Source of the DNA: an uncultured Gammaproteobacteria bacterium | GTDB lineage: Bacteria > Pseudomonadota > Gammaproteobacteria > Ga0077536 | NCBI GenBank assembly: GCA_938082545.1 | Contig: CALKCL010000005.1 | Location: 23,677-87,676 of the forward strand | Reading direction: 5' to 3' | DNA length: 64,000 nucleotides | Part shown: one piece after another, positions 58,393 to 64,000 of the stretch | How positions within the stretch are numbered: the first letter of the stretch is position 1 | Layout of the letters: each line of letters opens with the position of its first letter | Made by a program: the position numbers and the translations under genes | Notes under the pieces: model-generated | What the model saw: the letters and a program-made list of their open reading frames with translations, nothing else | Database searches by the model: none | Told to the model about the DNA's origin: nothing

Positions 58393-58410
58393 AATTCATC
58401 AAACTGTCAT
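58393..58410 (+). promoter_or_regulatory. weak candidate Pho box
   Basis: AATTCAT-caaa-CTGTCAT. The second heptamer equals the CTGTCAT consensus and the first matches 4 of 7. It lies ~68 nt upstream of pstS. Confidence 0.25.
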
Positions 58411-58477
58411 GTAGCGAACGCATACTCGTTCTTCCTTTAACCAATTTTTTTATATTCCTACTTGGAGGTTTTGTCTA

Positions 58478-59446
58478 ATGATTAAACGTCTTCTCTCGAC
58501 TACTGTAGCCGCACTAATATTGTCTAGCTCAGCCAATGCGCTCGAAGTAGATTCCGGTATAAAGAGCTACCAAAGGGAGTCTGGCGTATCAGGAAACCTA
58601 AATAGTGTAGGTTCAGACACCCTGGCCAACCTTATGACCCTTTGGGCAGAAGGTTTCAGAGTATTCTACCCAAATGTTAATATTCAAATCCAAGCTGCAG
58701 GATCCTCAACTGCGCCTCCCGCACTGACTGAAGGCACGGCAAATACTGGTCCGATGAGCCGAAAAATGAAGTCAAAGGAAATAGCAGCTTTCGAAACTAG
58801 ACACGGCTACAAGCCTACAGCTATACCTGTAGCGATTGACTCTCTTGCTATCTTCGTAAACAAGGACAACCCTATTAAAGGGATGAGCATCGTACAGGCA
58901 GATGCTATCTTTTCTGCGACCAGAAGATGTGGTGGCACTAAGGATATTAAAACTTGGGGCGACATTGGGTTGACTGGTGATTGGGCAAACAGAAATATCC
59001 AGATATATGGTCGTAACTCTGTCGCAGGTACCTATGGCTATTTCAAAAAGAAGGCTCTTTGCAAAGGCGACTTTAAGGACAGTGTAAACGAGCAACCCGG
59101 CTCTGCTTCTGTTGTTCAAGGGATCACAAAATCTCTCAATGGGATCGGATACAGTGGCATCGGGTACCGAACATCTGGAGTCAAAGCCATCTCTTTGTCG
59201 AAAAAAGGAACGAAGTACATTGAACCTACATCTGATAACGCTATAGCAGGGATTTATCCGCTTGCGCGCTTCCTATACGTATATGTAAACAAAGCGCCTA
59301 ATAAACCTCTTCCTCCTCTTGAAAGAGCATTCATGAAAATGATACTCAGCAAAGAAGGACAAGAAGTTGTTATAAAAGATGGATACATTCCTTTGCCTGC
59401 AAAAGTTATTAACAAATATCTTGTAGGTGGACCGCTAGCCAAATAA
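58478..59446 (+). CDS. pstS: PstS-family phosphate-binding protein
   Basis: 322 aa with a signal peptide, GSDTLANLM and [12 protein letters not shown] blocks. Confidence 0.8.
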   Translation: MIKRLLSTTVAALILSSSANALEVDSGIKSYQRESGVSGNLNSVGSDTLANLMTLWAEGFRVFYPNVNIQIQAAGSSTAPPALTEGTANTGPMSRKMKSKEIAAFETRHGYKPTAIPVAIDSLAIFVNKDNPIKGMSIVQADAIFSATRRCGGTKDIKTWGDIGLTGDWANRNIQIYGRNSVAGTYGYFKKKALCKGDFKDSVNEQPGSASVVQGITKSLNGIGYSGIGYRTSGVKAISLSKKGTKYIEPTSDNAIAGIYPLARFLYVYVNKAPNKPLPPLERAFMKMILSKEGQEVVIKDGYIPLPAKVINKYLVGGPLAK

Positions 59447-59553
59447 AAAAATTAGTCGCGTTTCGGCGCGGAGTAGTCGCGGCTTTTTACATGAGCATTC
59501 CTTAAACTTATTAGCTACACTGCATTGAATTAGCAGCCTGGATGTGAGTACCA

Positions 59554-60735
59554 ATGGATCTAAAGTACGATGTAGTGATAGTGGGCGCAGGAGCAGCTGG
59601 GTCGATTTGTGCCAGCGAAGCTGGAGGGCGAGGACGTCGTGTAAGATTAATTGATCATTCAAAAAAATTCGGGGAAAAAATCAGAATCTCCGGTGGCGGA
59701 CGCTGTAATTTCACCAATATTCACTGTGGACCTGAAAATTTTATTTCGTCGAACCCACACTTTTGTAAATCCGCTCTAACGCAATTTGCATCAAAACACT
59801 TTACCGATATTTTAGATACTGCCGAAATCCCTTATCACGAAAAGCACTCTGGCCAATTATTTTGCGACAATAGCTCACGAGATATTCTAAATCTTCTGCT
59901 TCAAAAAATTACTGAAAACAAAGTAGAGCTTTCACTAGGGGAATCGGTCACTAAAATCGAAAAGACTAATGATAGGTACCGCATATATACGGATATAGCC
60001 TGTTATTCATGTACCTCGCTAGTTATAGCAACTGGTGGACTTTCAATCCCAAAGATTGGCGCAACTAAGTTTGGTCATGAAATCGCCTTGCAATTTGGTC
60101 ACTCTCTTGTCTCCACAAAACCTGGTTTAGTTCCGCTTACATTCGATACGGCGTTATTGAAGCATTGTGCAGATCTGTCTGGCATAGCTGTTGAAGCAAT
60201 AGTCAGCTGCGAAGGATACTCTTTTTCTGGTGGTCTACTTTTCACGCACCGAGGACTCAGTGGGCCATCCGTTCTACAAGTATCTTCATATTGGCAGTCC
60301 AACAAACCTGTCACAATAAACCTAGCGCCACTGCGCAGTGACAGTCAGAAATTAAATTTACACAACCTATCAAAGTCAAATAAATTGGTGAAAAATATCT
60401 TGGGGCAGTTAATTCCTCAAAGACTTGCGACGTCTATCTGTGCACAAATGAATTTAGATAAGAAATTAGGAGAAGCTACTGAAACTTTAATTGGATCGCT
60501 AGATGAAAGAGTGTGCGCTTGGACTATTTGTCCTACAGGTACTGAAGGTTATCGTACTGCGGAAGTTACGGTCGGTGGTGTAGATACAGCTAATCTATCG
60601 TCGAAAACCATGGAGTCGTCGATACACCAAGGACTTTACTTTATTGGAGAAGTCATCGACGTCACTGGCCATCTAGGGGGGCATAACTTTCAATGGGCAT
60701 GGTCTTCGGGTTGGGTAGCCGGTCAAAATGCCTGA
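59554..60735 (+). CDS. BaiN/YhiN (HI0933)-family FAD-dependent oxidoreductase
   Basis: 393 aa with VVIVGAGAAG, SGGGRCNFTN and a C-terminal GEVIDVTG block. Confidence 0.82.
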   Translation: MDLKYDVVIVGAGAAGSICASEAGGRGRRVRLIDHSKKFGEKIRISGGGRCNFTNIHCGPENFISSNPHFCKSALTQFASKHFTDILDTAEIPYHEKHSGQLFCDNSSRDILNLLLQKITENKVELSLGESVTKIEKTNDRYRIYTDIACYSCTSLVIATGGLSIPKIGATKFGHEIALQFGHSLVSTKPGLVPLTFDTALLKHCADLSGIAVEAIVSCEGYSFSGGLLFTHRGLSGPSVLQVSSYWQSNKPVTINLAPLRSDSQKLNLHNLSKSNKLVKNILGQLIPQRLATSICAQMNLDKKLGEATETLIGSLDERVCAWTICPTGTEGYRTAEVTVGGVDTANLSSKTMESSIHQGLYFIGEVIDVTGHLGGHNFQWAWSSGWVAGQNA

Positions 60736-61050
60736 TCTGGATAAGTGTTCAGAAGCCATCTCAATAATAACGAAATATCGATTGGACAGCATACTCTATC
60801 AAGATTTTCCAGTCATCCCACGACTGAAGAGCTGTAACGTCATGAGCATGATGTGCCACTGCATAGATAATAAATCCCCTGGGGGAAAGACAGGGAACAG
60901 CACGGGCCTACCTTCATTACGGCATGACACATTGCCTGTGAAAGCGTTCTTAATTCTAGCCGCAACAAAAATTTCATAAGGCCTATAGTCCTTGGAAATT
61001 TTTCGTTATAATACGACTTGATCAATTAGCCAATCTTTTGAGAGTATCTA

Positions 61051-61569
61051 ATGAACAATAATGAAGACGAAATATTCGTTCGCAATTTTTCTCTGGTTTT
61101 AGCGGGGCTTATAATAATCGGATTGATGGCTTTTATATTAGCTAATGTGGTAACTGAAAAATTTGCCGGCACATCAGGCGACAGTGCAATTATCGCGGAG
61201 CGAATCTCTCCTGTGGGCGCTCCGAATACGAACGAGGCCACAATAGTTTTCGAAACTTCCAAAAAAGCAGATGCAGGATCGCCAAACACCCCTAAAGAAT
61301 CTACGGCAGAAGTGGAAGGCGGAAAAGTAGTTTACGAGAAAGTTTGCGCCGTCTGTCATGCCCAAGGAATTGCAGGGGCACCAAAATTTGCCGATACATC
61401 TGCTTGGTCAAGCAGACTAGCCAAAGGAAAACAGGCTTTATATGCAAATGCTATCAATGGTTATATGGGCGATGCAGGATATATGCCGGCCAAAGGCGGT
61501 GACATGAAACTACACGATGACTCCGTTCGCGCCGCAGTAGACTATATGTTAACAAGCTTGGAAAACTAA
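61051..61569 (+). CDS. membrane-anchored cytochrome c5-type monohaem cytochrome
   Basis: N-terminal TM helix, CAVCHAQGIAGAPKF, and PAKGG near the C-terminus. Confidence 0.78.
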   Translation: MNNNEDEIFVRNFSLVLAGLIIIGLMAFILANVVTEKFAGTSGDSAIIAERISPVGAPNTNEATIVFETSKKADAGSPNTPKESTAEVEGGKVVYEKVCAVCHAQGIAGAPKFADTSAWSSRLAKGKQALYANAINGYMGDAGYMPAKGGDMKLHDDSVRAAVDYMLTSLEN

Positions 61570-62681
61570 TTATTAAGCTCTCGTAAAATTGACTGGTAAG
61601 ACTGCTCTGTAGCTTTGTTAAAACTGGCACGGCGGGCTCTGAATTCTGTATACGAATTCAGTACTTTCATGAACTTCTCATCCTTTTCCGCCTCTTCGCG
61701 TAGCACCTCACCGGTCAGCTTTGCTAGATGCAGAGTAACTTCCTTCGGAAATTCGAGAACTTGAATATGGCCTTTGTTTTTTAGTGAGTTAAAAGCATCC
61801 ATATTTCCCACTTCTGACAAGCCATACATATAAAGACTAGCTGATGCAGCTGCGGCTTCAACGATTGTCTTTAAGTCTGCGGGCAAATCAGCCCACGCAT
61901 TAGAATTTATGATTAGCTCCAGTTGAGTCCCGGGCTCATGCCAACCAGGGTAATAGTAATATTTCGCGGCACGGTCAAGTCCAAACCTCAGATCATGGAG
62001 AGGTCCTACCCACTCGGTCGCATCTATCGTCCCTCTTTCTAAAGCCGTATATATTTCCGCTGCGGATAAAAGGACCGGATTACCACCCGCTTTGGCTAAA
62101 ACTTTCCCTCCCAACCCAGGGATTCTCATTTTAAGCCCTTTGAGATCCTCGATGGTGTTAATTTCTCTGTTGAACCATCCACCCATCTGTATGCCTGTAT
62201 TTCCTAAAGGGAAAGGCACAATTCCAAAAGGCTCGTAAAGTTCTCGCCAAAGCTCAAGGCCTTCGCCACCATAAATCCAAGCCCATGCCCCATTTTGCAT
62301 CATGCCAAAAGGTACTGTGCTTAAGAACTGGGCAGCAGGAACTTTCCCTGCCCAATAATAAGAAGCTCCGTGTCCCATCTCTACGGCCCCCTGAGATACT
62401 GCATCAAAAGTCTGCAAGGCAGGGACCAACTCACCCCCTGCGTAAACTTTAATCCTCAGACGGCCACGACTCATTAACTCTACATCACGAGAAAATTTAT
62501 GAACCGTATCTTGATTAATCGGTAAATTAGGAGGCCAGGCGGTCACCATCTTCCAATTGAAAACTCTATTGTCTTCTGCGTCCTCTGCAGCTGTGGTGCT
62601 TTCAGACTCAACCCCACATCCGCTCAGGACAAGAGCCAAAACAAAGCTCAGAGAAAACAGTATTTTTTGCATCTTACCCAT
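61566..62681 (-). CDS. TRAP-transporter solute-binding protein (DctP family, COG4663-like)
   Basis: Lipoprotein-type signal (LALVLSGC). I prefer ATG 62681 (AGGAAAGG SD), which removes the overlap with uvrD. No dctQ/dctM lies next to it. Confidence 0.78.
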   Translation of the reverse strand: MGKMQKILFSLSFVLALVLSGCGVESESTTAAEDAEDNRVFNWKMVTAWPPNLPINQDTVHKFSRDVELMSRGRLRIKVYAGGELVPALQTFDAVSQGAVEMGHGASYYWAGKVPAAQFLSTVPFGMMQNGAWAWIYGGEGLELWRELYEPFGIVPFPLGNTGIQMGGWFNREINTIEDLKGLKMRIPGLGGKVLAKAGGNPVLLSAAEIYTALERGTIDATEWVGPLHDLRFGLDRAAKYYYYPGWHEPGTQLELIINSNAWADLPADLKTIVEAAAASASLYMYGLSEVGNMDAFNSLKNKGHIQVLEFPKEVTLHLAKLTGEVLREEAEKDEKFMKVLNSYTEFRARRASFNKATEQSYQSILRELNN

Positions 62682-62695
62682 AAACAGCACCTTTC

Positions 62696-64000
62696 CTATA
62701 TTTTTTTTAGCCCCGCATAACCTAACACTAGCCACTTTACCCCTTTGTCTTGAAAGTTAACCTGCACTCGAGCATGTTCACCTTGGCCCTCAACTTGAAG
62801 GACAACCCCTTCTCCAAATGCTTTATGGAGGACAGGCTGTCCTAAGCAAAAATTAGGGTCGTGCGGAGTTTTTCCAGATTTTAAGACGGGTTTCATCTTC
62901 TGTGTTGCGTAGAAATTTCCACCAACTCTTATATTTTCAATGACCTCTAACGGAAGTTCACTAATGAATCTAGAAGGCTGAGGATAATAATCAGCACCAT
63001 GCAATCGACGGGACTGTGCGTTGGTAATGACTAACTTTGTCATTGCGCGAGTAATTCCAACGTAGCAAAGTCGTCGTTCTTCTTCAAGCTGGGCCGGGTC
63101 TGCCGAAGAACGCTGATGTGGAAACAAGCCTTCTTCAACACCAACAAGAAAAACTAACGGGAATTCCAGGCCTTTTGCGGAATGTAATGTCATTAATTGA
63201 ACGCAGTCGGCATCCTTAGATGCCTGATTCTCTCCTGACTCTAGTGCCGCCTTAGATAAAAATGCATCCAGTAAAGAAAGTCCTTGATCCTCGGCGCTAG
63301 GGACAAAATCTCTGGCCGCCTCAACCAATTCGTCAAGATTCTCAACCCGATCGAAACCTCGCTCACCTTTTTCTTTTTTATAGTGCTCAACGAGCCCACT
63401 TAGAGTTATGACGGGCTCTAACAAAGCAGGCAAATCGACATCGGAGAATGTTGAACTCATCCGGTCAATCAGGTCTCTAAATCGCTGAAAGCTTGCTAAA
63501 GCTCTAGGCGAAAAAAGATTTGCATCAATTTGGCGCTGCATAGCTTCCCACATAGTAATTTCGCTGCTTCTCGCAATCAAGCGAAGTTCATCTAATGTAC
63601 GCTGACCTATTCCTCGTGGCGGAAAATTTACTATTCGCTCAAATGCAGCATCGTCACTACGAGAGTTGGCTAGACGCACATAAGCTAATGCATCTTTTAT
63701 CTCTGCACGCTCATAAAACTTAAAGCCTCCGTATACTCTATAAGGTAAATCTGTTTGTCGCAGCGAATCTTCAAGTACGCGCGATTGAGCGCTCACGCGA
63801 TAGAGAATAGCGCAATCAGAGAGCTTCCCATATTTGTCGCACCACTGGCTAATCTTTTCTATTACGAATCTAGATTCATCCACTTCGTTATAAGCCATAT
63901 ACAGCGATATACTTTCGCCAGCTGCATCTTCGGTCCATAACTCTTTACCGATTCGGGAAGGGTTATTGCTTATCAAAGCATTTGCCGCATCAAGGATATT
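62696..64000 (-). CDS. uvrD: DNA helicase II UvrD, C-terminal ~434 codons (5' end beyond the right edge)
   Basis: The frame stays open to position 64000 (..NILDAANALISNNPSRIGKELWT). The C-terminus FGEGVVLQVEGQGEHARVQVNFQDKGVKWLVLGYAGLKKI parallels the E. coli UvrD tail. Confidence 0.88.
   Translation of the reverse strand, partial: NILDAANALISNNPSRIGKELWTEDAAGESISLYMAYNEVDESRFVIEKISQWCDKYGKLSDCAILYRVSAQSRVLEDSLRQTDLPYRVYGGFKFYERAEIKDALAYVRLANSRSDDAAFERIVNFPPRGIGQRTLDELRLIARSSEITMWEAMQRQIDANLFSPRALASFQRFRDLIDRMSSTFSDVDLPALLEPVITLSGLVEHYKKEKGERGFDRVENLDELVEAARDFVPSAEDQGLSLLDAFLSKAALESGENQASKDADCVQLMTLHSAKGLEFPLVFLVGVEEGLFPHQRSSADPAQLEEERRLCYVGITRAMTKLVITNAQSRRLHGADYYPQPSRFISELPLEVIENIRVGGNFYATQKMKPVLKSGKTPHDPNFCLGQPVLHKAFGEGVVLQVEGQGEHARVQVNFQDKGVKWLVLGYAGLKKI

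Noticed and set aside
60728-61025. A second selenoprotein by TGA read-through on the minus strand of the 60.7-61.0 kb gap.
   Set aside because: It would need two in-frame TGAs, and the product is Cys/Ser-rich low complexity with no family pattern.

Overview
This 64-kb chromosomal window looks like a moderate/low-GC marine-type gammaproteobacterium. The core gene order (ychF-pth-rplY-prs-tRNA-Gln-ispE-lolB // hemA-prfA-prmC-moeB, plus argH, mutY-yggX, xthA, rpmE, engB, cytochrome c4-dsbA, uvrD) matches the Pseudomonas/Oceanospirillales/Cellvibrionales arrangement. Layout: 1-9.5 kb is core housekeeping. 9.5-13.9 kb is a small decayed island in tRNA-Phe, bounded by a 59-bp direct repeat of the tRNA 3' part; it carries a truncated integrase, a TorF-type porin, a RimK fusion and three copies of a ~66-bp intergenic repeat. 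14-22 kb is mixed metabolism. 22.3-45 kb is an accessory block dominated by C-N (amide) hydrolases and built around two paralogous N,N-dimethylformamidase-like small+large subunit loci; it also holds formamidase, an amidase-signature enzyme, an M20 amidohydrolase, two LLM oxidoreductases, SDRs and an MFS transporter. 45-64 kb is core. I found several items by reading the sequence that the ORF track does not show. They are a SelW/Rdx-type selenoprotein gene with an in-frame TGA (31279..31497), two tandem promoter+terminator sRNA-like units with C-rich loops (25.0-25.4 kb), a 14-bp box shared by those units and the CoA-transferase promoter region, a frameshifted SDR gene, a gene remnant, phased heptamer repeats upstream of the DUF1329 gene, and open-ended ORFs at both window edges. 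I saw no rRNA, CRISPR array, transposase or recognisable defence-system genes. All family calls come from motif recognition by eye or memory, not database searches.
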